A stretch of 59,371 nucleotides of DNA from a virus: the IMG/VR virus record IMGVR_UViG_3300048918_000104, positions 1-59,371 of that record; one strand, written 5' to 3'. The notes under the pieces are model-generated. The model was not told the DNA's origin, ran no database searches, and saw only the letters and a program-made list of their open reading frames with translations. The translations under genes and the position numbers were made by a program. Positions within the stretch are counted from its first letter, which is position 1; each line of letters opens with the position of its first letter. Below are positions 25,401 through 35,854 of the stretch, piece by piece.

Positions 25401-27529
25401 TTGACGCCACAGCGCCGGAAGCCGCTGCGCAGATTCGCGCCACGAAGTCGAACCTCGACAGCGCCAGTTCGTCGACGAATCCTGACACGTTGCGTCAATT
25501 TCAGCTTATCCAGCAGCGCCATCAGCAGAACATGGCTGATATTCAGAAGCACGGCGGATTCTCGAACGACGGCCGGGCGCTGTCGTCGCAGGAGCAGGAC
25601 GACGCGCTTCGAGCGCAGCAGGCGGCCGACCCTCGCGGCTACGCGATGCAGAAGGAGCTTCTCGAAGACATCAAGACCGGCGAGAAGCAGGTCAACGATT
25701 TGATCGACGAGCGCTCGAAGAAGCTGCAGGACATCATCGACAAGCGCAAGGCCGGTCAGATCGATGAGAAGACTGCAGAGGCTCAGTCGAAGGCGACGTT
25801 CGACAGCTACGGCCCGAAGTTCAAGCAGCTTGCGGCCGATAGCATGAAAGCGATCAAGCCGATGGTCGATGCACTCGGCCTCAAGGCTCCGCTGAAAGAG
25901 CTTCAGGAATACCAGTCGAAGCTGCAAGGCGCGGTTGGCGTCTACGAGCCGAACCTCGGCAACGAGGCTAAGGACAAGAACGCCAACCGGCGCGCGTCGA
26001 TGGCCGAGTCGCTGCAGAACGAACTCGACAGCGTTCTCGTGCGCGGCATGAAGGGCAACACCGGCACGGAGACGTTCGAGCAGCAACTCAAGACCTCGGC
26101 CGACGCCGTAGACCTGCAGTACAACCGGATCATCCAGAAGGTCAAGGACTTCCAGAAGATCGGCGGCTCGTCGATCAACGGCAAGAGTACGCAGTCGTAC
26201 CTCGGCGACCTTGAGGCAGCGAAGGAGCAGGTCAAGCAGGCTGAAGCGCTCAAGCTCGAACTCGCCAACATCAAGAAGGGTGAGGATGACGTGAACAACG
26301 TCGTCAAGCAGCGCAGCGATCTGTACAAAGACCTCGAAGATCGCGTGAAGAGCGGCGACCTCGGCGGCGCTGATGCTATTGCCGAAGCTAACGTTCAGGC
26401 CTCGAAGCTCAACGCGCAGATCACCGATCTGGTGAAGAAGGCTATCGACTTCAACAACTCGATGCGCGGCAAGCCGGGCGTCGATAACACGAAGATCGAT
26501 ATGGCGAACCAGCAGCTTTCGTCCATCGGCCGGCAAGCTGGCAGCAACGCGGCCGGGGCCAACCGCGCCTTTGCTAACAACGTCGTCGCGGATGAACAGA
26601 AGCAGGTCAACGACATCCTGAAGCAGCGCGCGGACCTTACGCAGCAGTACACCAATCTGGTGAAGGTCGGCGCGGTTACCGAGGACGAAGCGCAGAAGAA
26701 GATTCAGGCTGACTATGCAGACACGAACGACGCTCTGAACAAGAACATCGACGACCTGCAGAAAGCCATCGACGCGGCGCACAGCAACGGCAGTCTCGTC
26801 GGCCCTGAGTACGATCTCGCCATTGCGAAGGTCAAGGAGTTCCGCTCGCAGGTCGAATACATCAACCCTGACCTCGTGAAGCTGAAGGACACATTCACGC
26901 AGACGTTCACCGGCTCGGTGGTGCAAGGTGCGGACGCATTCGCCGAGACGCTCGCCGGGCTGATCGACGGGACGGAGAAGCTCAGTGACTCATGGAAGGA
27001 CTTCGGCCGCGCAATCGGGAACATCTTCGCCTCATTCCTGAAGAACATCGCCAACGCGATCATCTCCATTCAGGCTATGAAGATCGCGCAGGACGTAACG
27101 AACTCGACGAGCGAAGCAGGCAGTTTCTTCAGCGGCCTGTTCACGTCGGTCGCAAGCGCTGCAGTGGCGCACAGCGGCACGGTCGTCGGCGGATCGTCGG
27201 GTATGGTTCGAAGCGGAGTTCCGGCGTCCGTGTGGGCGAATGCGCCGCGCTATCACAACGGCACGAACGGGCCGCTCGGCTTGCGCGCCGACGAGCATGC
27301 AGCGATCTTGCAGAAGGGCGAGGAAGTGCTCTCGAAGGATAACCCTCGTAACGTTCTGAACGGCGGCGGTAAGGCATCTTCGGCGGGCGGCGGCAGCAAC
27401 GGCATCCGGCAGGTTCTGGCTATCGGCGACACGGAAATTGCGAAAGCGATGGCGGGCTCTGCAGGCGAAGACACTGTGATGACGCATCTGAAAGCCAACA
27501 TCACCACGGTCCGGCAATGGGTCAAGTAA
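22412..27529 (+). CDS. Tape measure protein
   Basis: 1705 aa, long Ala/Gln/Lys-rich coiled-coil stretches, position after G/GT. Confidence 0.9.
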   Translation: MTDRKDVELLIRATDQSKSTLQSVAGSVNSITDALKKQIDAASKGDGAIDQLKASLNDLKKAGDELIRQQGLIDTYQKQNDQLERLQQKANATASAFTLFKNELSSVENVTKTQQSALDRLEQSMNRAETAVAKQENTLAATTEKLAAAGIYTNELAQAQKLLLTNAQQVGVTMAAASESVSAYAANLRAAKEAAQQQAEVTALQVQAREAEAKATREAAEFEQQYQAMLKQQQGAQYVADLTKALEAREAAERAVAEATKQREAADAQATAASERAAKAEQEQAAAFERQHQAAKQMVQDAEYVKLFSETLDIADAQETALGMNKAFDEKAARDLAAFRKLADAATMAANGYKTFGQASDEAGGVGASLKAITDPAEAARSTLAGLEQQVNSLSQVAASTSGPVKQYSETVKQLQAAMKATVNTGEAIDAFRGQVAAVNAARAAFKQAQADVLKYSEAIKAADAPDQALAEGLKRAQSALQGAQRDMQKTVETARELQAALQAAGVATNQLDAEEARLATVARTATGALNQLNSAYREHGSAADASTKSIKLFGEGQRESLSLFQRLRGEVLGLAAAYIGIQGAIGLAGSALTAFVDKQAVENRLGVVLGGPDPKAIAAEYSYLHDQAERLGIGIKELADSYSKFALASKNANLNLDQTKYAFERITEAMRVNHSSTDAINGAFNQLEQMLSKNKVQMDDLRQASNWIPGLEGMLARGLGMVSVKQLFDGMQKGAIDAKTAILGLAQEMERTYAKQLPDSLKSLQAEQGRFTTSLNDFQRTIAESGFANAYISLLQKLNSFFEGAEGKNYARQLSDAFSGVVSVLKVLVDNAGLLQTAITAWVETKAISWAIGLVSGLQDMVKASAEAAAQQAALAAAQAEAGASATAAAASNDMNTAAMNASTTSAKALVTALGYVKGALFGIQAFVIGWDIGKALDDKFASVHKFSSLVVEEFAYAWDMVKLGFSTMVDGLISKAATLPARIGNAIKELAASTLDATAPEAAAQIRATKSNLDSASSSTNPDTLRQFQLIQQRHQQNMADIQKHGGFSNDGRALSSQEQDDALRAQQAADPRGYAMQKELLEDIKTGEKQVNDLIDERSKKLQDIIDKRKAGQIDEKTAEAQSKATFDSYGPKFKQLAADSMKAIKPMVDALGLKAPLKELQEYQSKLQGAVGVYEPNLGNEAKDKNANRRASMAESLQNELDSVLVRGMKGNTGTETFEQQLKTSADAVDLQYNRIIQKVKDFQKIGGSSINGKSTQSYLGDLEAAKEQVKQAEALKLELANIKKGEDDVNNVVKQRSDLYKDLEDRVKSGDLGGADAIAEANVQASKLNAQITDLVKKAIDFNNSMRGKPGVDNTKIDMANQQLSSIGRQAGSNAAGANRAFANNVVADEQKQVNDILKQRADLTQQYTNLVKVGAVTEDEAQKKIQADYADTNDALNKNIDDLQKAIDAAHSNGSLVGPEYDLAIAKVKEFRSQVEYINPDLVKLKDTFTQTFTGSVVQGADAFAETLAGLIDGTEKLSDSWKDFGRAIGNIFASFLKNIANAIISIQAMKIAQDVTNSTSEAGSFFSGLFTSVASAAVAHSGTVVGGSSGMVRSGVPASVWANAPRYHNGTNGPLGLRADEHAAILQKGEEVLSKDNPRNVLNGGGKASSAGGGSNGIRQVLAIGDTEIAKAMAGSAGEDTVMTHLKANITTVRQWVK

Positions 27530-27577
27530 CGTTAAAGGCTAAAATGCTGCCACCTTAAAACCTACCGGAGTGACGCC

Positions 27578-28768
27578 GTGGCGAACGCATGGACGATCAT
27601 GCCGGACTGGACTAGCGGCGTCACCGAGTCACTCCTGTGGCTCACTGACGTTTTGCAGGGCCAGTCCGGAGCAGAACAAAGAAGGCAACTTCGGGTAACT
27701 CCCCGACGCCAGATCGAGATGAACTTCATCTGCGAGCGCAACGAGCGAACGCTGTTCGATCTGGCTATGCAGACCGGCGGGTCGGCCGACTGGCTGGTCC
27801 CGCTTTTCTTCGACGGCAGCGTGACGACCGGCTCGTACACGGCAGGCGCTCCAGCAATCGGCATCGACACACGGTACACGGAGTTCCTTGCAGGGACTCA
27901 GGTGCTGATCTACGGCGATGCGTTCAACTACGAAGTCCACACGATCCAGTCGATGTCGGACTCAACCCTGACGTTTTTGGAAGTAACTTCGAAAAATTGG
28001 CCGGAAGGCACTCGCGTCTACCCGCTGCGCGTCGGCAGGCTGACCGACCAGCCGTCTCCGTCCAAACTCTCGTCGCGCGTCAGCCAGGGCACGCTGCGCT
28101 TCCAGATGACGGGCAACAACGGCTTCGCGGCCAGCTTCGGCACCGTGGATACCTATTCCGGCAATCCGGTGCTTCTGGACGCCGGTAATGAGGCCAGCGC
28201 TATCGACATCGGCTGGGAGCGCCAGATTCTCGATCTCGACGGCGAGACCGGCGTCGTGTGGCGCACAGACACAGCGGGCTTCCCCTCCTTCAAGCAGAGC
28301 ATGTCTCGCCTCGTCGTCGGCAAGCAGGAACGCGCCGCAGTGCGGTCGCTGCTGTATGCGATGTGCGGGCAGCGTATCCCGGTCTGGATTCCGACCTTCG
28401 CCGAGGACCTGTTCATGGCAGGATCGACGCTCGGTCGCACGCTCGATGTCGAGATGTGCGGCTATTCGACCTACGGCGTGAACGTGATCGGCCGCAAGGA
28501 TATCCAGATCGAGCTTTACGACGGCACGCGCTACTACACGGCTATCACCGGCTCGAACATCCTGAACGCGACGACAGAGCGCCTGAATATCGCAGTGCAG
28601 GCTTTCGGCCGGACGCTGACGCCTGATCTCGTGAAGCGCATCTCGTTCATGAATCTGGCCCGCCAGGCTACCGACAGCATCGACATCCTTCACCATACAG
28701 ACAGCAACGGCGCAGCGGAAGTAAAGCTGACGTTCCGAAGCACACCGGAGATTCGCAATGTCGTTTGA
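27578..28768 (+). CDS. Distal tail protein (GTA g12/TIGR02217-like)
   Basis: GTG start; WLTDVLQGQSGAEQRRQLRVTPRR resembles the conserved N-terminal motif of this family; first gene after the tape measure. Confidence 0.5.
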   Translation: MANAWTIMPDWTSGVTESLLWLTDVLQGQSGAEQRRQLRVTPRRQIEMNFICERNERTLFDLAMQTGGSADWLVPLFFDGSVTTGSYTAGAPAIGIDTRYTEFLAGTQVLIYGDAFNYEVHTIQSMSDSTLTFLEVTSKNWPEGTRVYPLRVGRLTDQPSPSKLSSRVSQGTLRFQMTGNNGFAASFGTVDTYSGNPVLLDAGNEASAIDIGWERQILDLDGETGVVWRTDTAGFPSFKQSMSRLVVGKQERAAVRSLLYAMCGQRIPVWIPTFAEDLFMAGSTLGRTLDVEMCGYSTYGVNVIGRKDIQIELYDGTRYYTAITGSNILNATTERLNIAVQAFGRTLTPDLVKRISFMNLARQATDSIDILHHTDSNGAAEVKLTFRSTPEIRNVV

Positions 28769-29600
28769 TTCTCTCGAACGCTCGAACCACGACAGTATCG
28801 AGGTCCAGTTCTATCAGTTCACTCGCGGCGCGCGGAACTGGTACTACTGCAACGCAGATCAGGATGTCGTCATGAACGGCGTCCAGTGGTCCGCAAACCC
28901 ATCCAGCCACGACGACATCAACCTGTCGGGCGAGTCCATCGTCGATACCGTGTCGCTCACCGTGCCGAACACGTTCGAGCCTGCCCAGCAGTTTCGCGGC
29001 CAGTCACCCGCCGACGCCGTGTACCTGCGAATCTTCGCCTGTCATGCGGTCTCTCTTTACCCGATGCTGGTGATGGATTCTGACTTCGCCGTTCGATGGA
29101 TCGGCACGGTATCTGACGTTCAGCAGAAAGGCGCTGACCGGCTGACTATCGTCGGCTCGACGCTGACCTCTGCGTTCGACCGCGAAGGCGTTCGGCTGAC
29201 ATGGAACCGTAACTGCAGCTACGCCGTCTACGATCCGGACACATGTCGCGTGAACAAGGCAGCGTTCGCCACGAACGTGACGATCTCGGCGCTGACCGGA
29301 AACTCGATCACGTCTGCAGACATCGCGTCGAAGCCTGACGGCTGGTTCGATCAGGGCTTCATCGAGATCACCGTGGCCGATGGCGTGACCCAGCGCATCG
29401 CTATCGAGCTTCAGGTCGGCAACACATTCACTCTGCTCGGCACGACTGAGAATCTTCTTATCGGCGAGCAGATCGTCGCGTATCCGGGGTGCGCTCAGAC
29501 GGCCGACATGTGCGTCAACAAGTTCAACAACATCCTCAACTTCAGCGGCTACGAGGGTATGTCGGGGACATCGCCCTTTAACGGCAATCCGGTCTTCTAA
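28758..29600 (+). CDS. Tail tip protein, DUF2163/BR0599-like
   Basis: C-terminal PGCAQTADMCVNKFNNILNFSGYEGM matches the BR0599 C..C..KF.N..NF.G motif. Confidence 0.6.
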   Translation: MSFDSLERSNHDSIEVQFYQFTRGARNWYYCNADQDVVMNGVQWSANPSSHDDINLSGESIVDTVSLTVPNTFEPAQQFRGQSPADAVYLRIFACHAVSLYPMLVMDSDFAVRWIGTVSDVQQKGADRLTIVGSTLTSAFDREGVRLTWNRNCSYAVYDPDTCRVNKAAFATNVTISALTGNSITSADIASKPDGWFDQGFIEITVADGVTQRIAIELQVGNTFTLLGTTENLLIGEQIVAYPGCAQTADMCVNKFNNILNFSGYEGMSGTSPFNGNPVF

Positions 29601-29611
29601 GGAAAATAAAA

Positions 29612-32600
29612 ATGGGCATCTTTTACGAAATTCTTATCCTCGTAGCCAGCTACCTGATTACCGCTGCGATGAAGCCGAAGGCGCGCAAAGCGCCCGACGC
29701 CGTGGCCGCGCTCGATTCAGACTTCACATTCCCTCAAGCAGATGAGGGTACGCCTGAAGCCGTCATCTTCGGCGAGGCGTGGCTCCCTAACTGGTCGGTC
29801 GTGTGGCACGGAAACTATCGCGGCACGCCGTACCAGCAGCAGGGCACGACCATCGGCTACTACTACGCGTTCACAATGTTGATGGGCCTGTGTCGCGGCC
29901 CCATCGATGAGGTCGTCGAGATCGATGTCGGCGGCCGGGTCGTGAAGAAGCCTTCGGTCGATGGGTCGTCCGTCATGGATCACTCGACGACTTTCTTCCT
30001 CGACCGCTCTGACCTCTTCGGCGCAGCCCCGAACGGCAGTGGGGGTATTCAGGGGAATGCGTACCTGCTGATGGGCGACTCGACGCAGACCCTTCCAGCG
30101 TCGATCAACTGCCGGAACATCGGCAATAACAACTACGACACACGCAACCTGTCGGACCTGATGCCCGGCCCGCTTCCGGCGTTTCGCGGCGTGACGACCG
30201 TCATTTACGACGGCATGGTCTCGTTTAACCAGCCGAACCCGCAGCCATGGACGTTTCGCGTTCGCCGCGCGCTGAAGGGCTGGCAGGATGACGCTCCGTT
30301 CTATCCGGCGAAGGCAGTCATCACGGTTAGCTCGGGGGTCGTGACGATCCCGAACCCGCAACTCGCCGACCCGAATATCTCGGACGACGACAAGCGCAAG
30401 CTCGCCCGTACGGTGGACGTGATCGAGACCATCAAGGGCATGAACCCGGCGCACGTCCTGTACGAAGGAATCACGAATCGCGCATGGGGCCGTGGCCTGC
30501 CTTCAACCCTGCTGAACGTCGCTTCGTTCACCGACGCCGCCGACATCCTGTACGACGAAGGAATGGCCGTGGCGACGAAGTGGGATCGCACCGGCACGCT
30601 GTCTGACTTCATGCAGACGATCCTCGACTACATCGGGGCATCGCTCTATCCGGACCCGACGACCGGCAACTTGACGCTGCATCTCGTGCGTGGCGACTAC
30701 GACGTGAACGCGATTCCGACGTTCACCTACACGTCCGGCCTGCTGCGTGTCACGGATAACTCGGCCGGTACGGGCGACGCTGCGCTCAACCAGATCATCG
30801 TCAGCTACACGTCGCCTGTCACCGGCAAGACGGGTCAGATTCGCGCACAGAACATCGCACTGATCCAGTCGAACTCCGGCGCAGTCTTCTCGGACACGAA
30901 GAAGTACGACTGCTGCCCGAACGCGGATATCGCTGCTCGCATCGCGCGGCGCGACCTGAAGGCGGTTAGCTCCGGCCTGCGTCGGCTGACGGTGCAGCTT
31001 GACCGCTCTGCGTGGAAGGCGGCGATTCCGGGCGGCGTCATTCGCATCCAGAACGTCACCGACAACAAGATCGACGACATGGTGCTGCGTATTGCGAAGG
31101 TGAAGTTCGCAGGCGGCACGGACGGCACGATTGAACTTACGACCACTCAGGACGTGTTCGCGCTCAACACGACCGCGTATCACTACACCATCGATACGCC
31201 GCCGTCATGGAAGCCGCCTGTACCGTCCGATACCATCAAGCAGACGCCGCCGCCGCTCATTTCGAACCTCCGGCTGGCGAAGCCGTGGGACGGCAATCAG
31301 TTCATCGTGACGTGGGATCGAGGCGCAGACGCGGCACATTACGACATCCAGATCATCGCCGGGAACCCGAGCAAGGTCGTCCGGTTCTCCGGCAACTCGG
31401 CACAGAACACGTACACGTACAGCATTCAGCAGATGCTGGAGGATGGCGGTCCGTGGCGTACGGTTCAGTTTCAAGTGCGGGCGGTCTCTTCGCTCGGCGT
31501 CGTCGGCCCGTTCTACAACCTCAATCTCGGCAACCCGCAGATCGTGGCGCTGACCGGCATCCAGATCGCAGAGGCGATGAAGCAGGCGTTCTTCCAGTGC
31601 GACCGTCCGGCCGAGGGTGACTGGCAAGGTATTCAGGTCTTCATCTCGGACACGAAGGGCTTCGCGCCTGATCCCGGCTCGAACCTCGTCTACGACGGGC
31701 CGAATCTCTTCGTCACGTTGACGCAACTCGCGGACGGCACGCTGCTCGACCCGACGAAGGACTACTACCTTCGCGCGGCAGGCTACGACACGTTCGGCGC
31801 GGACTCGCTCAACTACTCATCCGAGTTGGTCTTCTCGGTAGTCGCCATGGCTCCGGACGCCGGTACGATCGTCGCAGGAATGATCGCGGACGGCGCGCTC
31901 GATATCAGCAAGTTTGCCCGGACGATCCAGCCGCCGCTGATCGTCAACGGCGTGCCGACCGCGTACGCTGGATCGGATGTCGTCCTGAACAGCAAGGACA
32001 ATCTGCTGTATCGCTGGGACGCAACGAATCTGAAGTACACCGCAGCAGTCCCGGCCGCGACCATCGACGGCACTATCGCGATCAACAACATCCCGCAGAT
32101 TCCGACAACGCAACTCACCGGGCAGATCAGCGCCGCACAGATTCAGGCTAACGCTGTCGGCGCGAACCAGATCGCGGCCAACGCCATCACAGCCGGGAAG
32201 ATCGCGGCCGGAGCAGTCCTTGCTGGCACTATCGCAGCAGGCGCGGTCGGTGCGAACGAGATCGCAGCGCACTCCATCAGTTCCGACAAGCTGCTCGTCG
32301 GCGACATGACCAATCAGGTAGATGATCCGAGCTTCGACCTCGGCGACCTGCGTTCATGGACGGCGGATGCTGCGGGTATCTGGCGCGTCGATGCAACGAC
32401 TCCGGGCCTTGGTGCGGATGGCGGAACTGGCGTCGGTATCGCTCAGAGCTTCGGCGGGGCTGGGATCGTGAACTACACCCTCTACAACTCGCGCGTCATG
32501 AAGGCGACGATGGGGGACATCTGGTACGCGACTGCACAGCTTCACCTGAACGTCGCTGATGCGAAAGCCGCAGCCGCAATTGGCGTCGTCGCGAAAGACG

Positions 32601-33727
32601 TGAACGGCAATGTGATCTCATGGAACAAGGGCAACAACGTCCAGACGACCGCGTACAGCGCTTCATCCGTTCAGGTCACAGTCAATAACCCGGCCATCGC
32701 TACGCTGCAGTTCTACTGCCTTATCCAGAACCTCGGCGGCGCTAACGTATCGACGACGGCCACGTATGACCAGTGTCAGATGCTTCGGATGTCCGGCACG
32801 ACCTTGATTCAGGACGGCTCTGTGACGACGCAGAAGGTCGTTGCTGCAGCTATCACGGTAGACAAACTGGCGGTCAACTCGGTAACGGCCGACAAGATCG
32901 TGGCGAACTCGATTACGGGGGACAAGATCGCGGCGAATGCGATCACGGCCAACCTCATCGCGGCCGGGTCGATCAGCGCCGACAAGCTGCAGGTCGGAGG
33001 CAATCCTAACCTTCTGCCTAACCCCGGCTGGAGCAACGGCGTCTATTCGTTCTGGAACGCGCCGTACAACCTGCTGAATGGCTTCAGTCAGACAGTCTCG
33101 AACTCAAACGAGTGGACAGCGGTTCTTACCTGCGCTACCGCCAACGTAGAGGGTACGTTCGATAGCTATGCCGTACCGGTAACGGCCGGACAGTACTACA
33201 TGGCGAGCATCTACGGAGTCAGCGGCGTGAACATGTACCTGCGCCTGTACTTCCTGAATTCGAGCGGCCAGTCAATCGGCTACTACACCGCGCAGTTTCA
33301 GGGGGGTAACGCGGGGTCGATGGCTACCATGACCCGCGTGTTCGTCAAGGCCATCGCTCCGGCCGGGGCAGTAGCTGCTGTAGTCGGGATCGGCGTGAAC
33401 GCAGGATACAACCTCGGCGGCTGGGCCTACCGGCCGATGCTCGAAGAGTGCCTGCCTAATCAGGTCGGTCCGAGCGCATGGGGGTCGGGCATCAACACAG
33501 TGATCGGCCCCGGCATGATCCGCACCGGGTCGCTGTCGGCGATTACCGCTAACCTCGGGGCTATCAACGCCGGTTCACTCAACATCAACGGCCTCTTCGT
33601 GGTGAACTCAGACGGAACGACTACAATCCAGTCCGCGACATCCGGTCAGCGAAGCGTCCTGCAGGGCGGTACGTTCCTGGCGTACGACGGAAACAACACA
33701 CTTCGATTCAGAGCGGGGGTCTGGTAA
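29612..33727 (+). CDS. Host-specificity / central tail fibre protein (gpJ-like)
   Basis: 1371 aa; MNPAHVLYEGITNRAWGRGLP motif typical of phage tail tip proteins; repeated ANAITAGKIAAGAV-type segments. Confidence 0.75.
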   Translation: MGIFYEILILVASYLITAAMKPKARKAPDAVAALDSDFTFPQADEGTPEAVIFGEAWLPNWSVVWHGNYRGTPYQQQGTTIGYYYAFTMLMGLCRGPIDEVVEIDVGGRVVKKPSVDGSSVMDHSTTFFLDRSDLFGAAPNGSGGIQGNAYLLMGDSTQTLPASINCRNIGNNNYDTRNLSDLMPGPLPAFRGVTTVIYDGMVSFNQPNPQPWTFRVRRALKGWQDDAPFYPAKAVITVSSGVVTIPNPQLADPNISDDDKRKLARTVDVIETIKGMNPAHVLYEGITNRAWGRGLPSTLLNVASFTDAADILYDEGMAVATKWDRTGTLSDFMQTILDYIGASLYPDPTTGNLTLHLVRGDYDVNAIPTFTYTSGLLRVTDNSAGTGDAALNQIIVSYTSPVTGKTGQIRAQNIALIQSNSGAVFSDTKKYDCCPNADIAARIARRDLKAVSSGLRRLTVQLDRSAWKAAIPGGVIRIQNVTDNKIDDMVLRIAKVKFAGGTDGTIELTTTQDVFALNTTAYHYTIDTPPSWKPPVPSDTIKQTPPPLISNLRLAKPWDGNQFIVTWDRGADAAHYDIQIIAGNPSKVVRFSGNSAQNTYTYSIQQMLEDGGPWRTVQFQVRAVSSLGVVGPFYNLNLGNPQIVALTGIQIAEAMKQAFFQCDRPAEGDWQGIQVFISDTKGFAPDPGSNLVYDGPNLFVTLTQLADGTLLDPTKDYYLRAAGYDTFGADSLNYSSELVFSVVAMAPDAGTIVAGMIADGALDISKFARTIQPPLIVNGVPTAYAGSDVVLNSKDNLLYRWDATNLKYTAAVPAATIDGTIAINNIPQIPTTQLTGQISAAQIQANAVGANQIAANAITAGKIAAGAVLAGTIAAGAVGANEIAAHSISSDKLLVGDMTNQVDDPSFDLGDLRSWTADAAGIWRVDATTPGLGADGGTGVGIAQSFGGAGIVNYTLYNSRVMKATMGDIWYATAQLHLNVADAKAAAAIGVVAKDVNGNVISWNKGNNVQTTAYSASSVQVTVNNPAIATLQFYCLIQNLGGANVSTTATYDQCQMLRMSGTTLIQDGSVTTQKVVAAAITVDKLAVNSVTADKIVANSITGDKIAANAITANLIAAGSISADKLQVGGNPNLLPNPGWSNGVYSFWNAPYNLLNGFSQTVSNSNEWTAVLTCATANVEGTFDSYAVPVTAGQYYMASIYGVSGVNMYLRLYFLNSSGQSIGYYTAQFQGGNAGSMATMTRVFVKAIAPAGAVAAVVGIGVNAGYNLGGWAYRPMLEECLPNQVGPSAWGSGINTVIGPGMIRTGSLSAITANLGAINAGSLNINGLFVVNSDGTTTIQSATSGQRSVLQGGTFLAYDGNNTLRFRAGVW

Positions 33728-34032
33728 TGCCTGCAGGTATGCAATGCTGGGACGGCCTCGGCCGTCTCACCGTAGACTTCACGACACGTCTCCCGCGCGT
33801 CCTCGGGACTCGCGCTCTAACCGGAGTGGCCGGAAGCCTCACAGACAACAACCTGTCGCAAGGAACGCCGTTCTTCCTCTTCCAGCAGCAGGGCGTCTTC
33901 TATCACATCTCCGGCGATACGTGCCTTCCGACGATCACAATCTCAGGGAATACGATATCGTGGACGTACAGCGGCGGAACGACTTCGTACCATGTAAATG
34001 TGCAGGGGACTTTGTTTTATGGGGTGTACTAA
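33727..34032 (+). CDS. Hypothetical tail-associated protein
   Basis: ATG overlaps upstream TAA; 101 aa. Confidence 0.55.
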   Translation: MPAGMQCWDGLGRLTVDFTTRLPRVLGTRALTGVAGSLTDNNLSQGTPFFLFQQQGVFYHISGDTCLPTITISGNTISWTYSGGTTSYHVNVQGTLFYGVY

Positions 34033-34776
34033 ATGACTGCAGGCTTTCAGACGCTAACCGATAGCGGGTTCATTCAGGTGGACTCGGAACTCGGCATGCC
34101 GAACTGGCAGCTTCGGCAGAAGATCACGCAACCTTCCGTCGATAGCTCATTCCAGCTTTACTACAACAACGCCGGGATCACCAAGTCGGTCGCCTGGAAG
34201 ATGGTCACGTTCACTTTCACGGCCATCTCGCCGCTCGTCGCCTTCTCGGTCGATAACGGAGGGTATATTGTGCCGCTGAAGTGGACGCAGAACGGCAACT
34301 CGTGGCAGGTCGATCTGGTCTGCTCCGGCCCGTGTAACGTCACCGCTTACATTTTCGATCAGGCAGATCAGACGATTAGCGGAAACAACTACGGGGCGCA
34401 AGTATTCAACACCGCCGGATCATGTGTTGCGGACGTTACAGTTCCGTTCGCCCGCTTCCTCGGCTCGCAGACTAACAACCTGCAGTTCGGCAACGGGGCG
34501 ACCGGCTGGTGGTCGTCAGGAGGTCAGGAGCCGCCGAAGGGCCAGTTCGGGCAGTGGAACTACGGCGTCGGTCAGGTAGCAGTAGCTTGTGTGCGACCGG
34601 CGTACGAGTATGGCAACAACGTACAGGGATGCTACCTTTCGATGTTCAACACGAGCGGAGGCGTCATCACCGGCAACTTCATGGCCGCTGGCCCGGTCGG
34701 CGGCGAGAACAACTACGTAGGATTCAAGGAGGCCCTGCAGTGGGGCTTTTCCGCGATTGATGTGACTAACTATTAA
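34033..34776 (+). CDS. Hypothetical tail-associated protein
   Basis: 247 aa, tightly packed after 33727..34032. Confidence 0.6.
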   Translation: MTAGFQTLTDSGFIQVDSELGMPNWQLRQKITQPSVDSSFQLYYNNAGITKSVAWKMVTFTFTAISPLVAFSVDNGGYIVPLKWTQNGNSWQVDLVCSGPCNVTAYIFDQADQTISGNNYGAQVFNTAGSCVADVTVPFARFLGSQTNNLQFGNGATGWWSSGGQEPPKGQFGQWNYGVGQVAVACVRPAYEYGNNVQGCYLSMFNTSGGVITGNFMAAGPVGGENNYVGFKEALQWGFSAIDVTNY

Positions 34777-34793
34777 CCAGAAGGAGTAACACC

Positions 34794-35279
34794 ATGAGCA
34801 TTCACAAGACACTTACCGACATCGGCACGGACGTACCGATGGATCATCACGTCGTCGCCTCGGCTAACTGCCAGTACGACAACAATCAGACATATGTCAT
34901 CGTGCGGTCTTTCTTCTCGCAGGCGTCGTACGAGTCCGGCAAGCGCGCACTTGCTGAGACGCCGGTCATGCTGATGGGCGTTCCGCCGCGCGGCGTCGAG
35001 CAGCTTGATTGGGTTCAGGCCCAGCTTGTGCTGCCGGTTGACGAGACTGTCTCGACCAATACCTACGTCAACCGCTGGCAGTTCTCGGGCGGCGTCGTGG
35101 TGGATCATGCGCCGCAGCCTGACGCTCCGGCAGCGCCAGAAACGCCTGCAGCGGCTCAGACGGTCGGAGCGGCTACTCAGGTATCGGCTGAGGCGTCAGC
35201 GGCCACTGCAGCGCAATCTGAGCAGGATGCTACCGCTACGCAGGCGTCCGCGACCACGGGCGACTCTGCAGTTTCCTAA
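34794..35279 (+). CDS. Hypothetical protein with Ala/Thr/Gln-rich tail
   Basis: AAGGAG RBS; 161 aa. Confidence 0.6.
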   Translation: MSIHKTLTDIGTDVPMDHHVVASANCQYDNNQTYVIVRSFFSQASYESGKRALAETPVMLMGVPPRGVEQLDWVQAQLVLPVDETVSTNTYVNRWQFSGGVVVDHAPQPDAPAAPETPAAAQTVGAATQVSAEASAATAAQSEQDATATQASATTGDSAVS

Positions 35280-35282
35280 ACT

Positions 35283-35295
35283 GGAAGTAACTTCC
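35283..35295. repeat. Palindrome, exact copy
   Basis: GGAAGTAACTTCC, 3 nt after the stop of 34794..35279, upstream of the lysis cassette. Confidence 0.9.
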
Positions 35296-35332
35296 GGCGC
35301 GTCGGGGGTCGCGTCGGTTCAAGGAGATTGAC

Positions 35333-35854
35333 ATGTCGATTAGCAATGCACGTCCGTTCGTAGCTGTTGACCAACTCACCCCCGGATTGCGCGCAGTTCG
35401 GGAACTCCTTGCGAGCTATAATCCGCGTGGCCGTTCGGCCCTCGTCAAAGGAGAGATTGCAATGTCCCAAGGAAACGATCAGGCAACGGCCAGCCGGGAG
35501 TACGCAGGAAGCAACGGCTCCGCGCCTTTTCTCGACCGTGCGCGCAAGCCGATGTTTGACTTCTCGGTCAACCTGCCGACGCTTCTCATGATGCTCGGTA
35601 TGTGTATTACGTCCATAGGCTTTGTGTTTGGGGTGTACTCGTCGCTCGACAAGCGCATCCTCGAACTCGAAGCCTCGGACAAACAGCAGGAACTTCACTT
35701 TCAGCGTATCGAGATCTCACAGGCGGATAGCCGGTCCGAGGTTCGTCAGAGCATCGACAAGCTCGGAGACAAGATCGATAAGCTGAACGACAAGTTCTCA
35801 TTCAACGGTGCGGGGAATAGACCGGAGACTTCACGATGGACTCGAAACAACTAA
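35333..35854 (+). CDS. Membrane protein, holin or lysis-regulator candidate
   Basis: AAGGAG RBS; one TM (LPTLLMMLGMCITSIGFVFGVY) then coiled-coil; first gene of lysis cassette. Confidence 0.5.
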   Translation: MSISNARPFVAVDQLTPGLRAVRELLASYNPRGRSALVKGEIAMSQGNDQATASREYAGSNGSAPFLDRARKPMFDFSVNLPTLLMMLGMCITSIGFVFGVYSSLDKRILELEASDKQQELHFQRIEISQADSRSEVRQSIDKLGDKIDKLNDKFSFNGAGNRPETSRWTRNN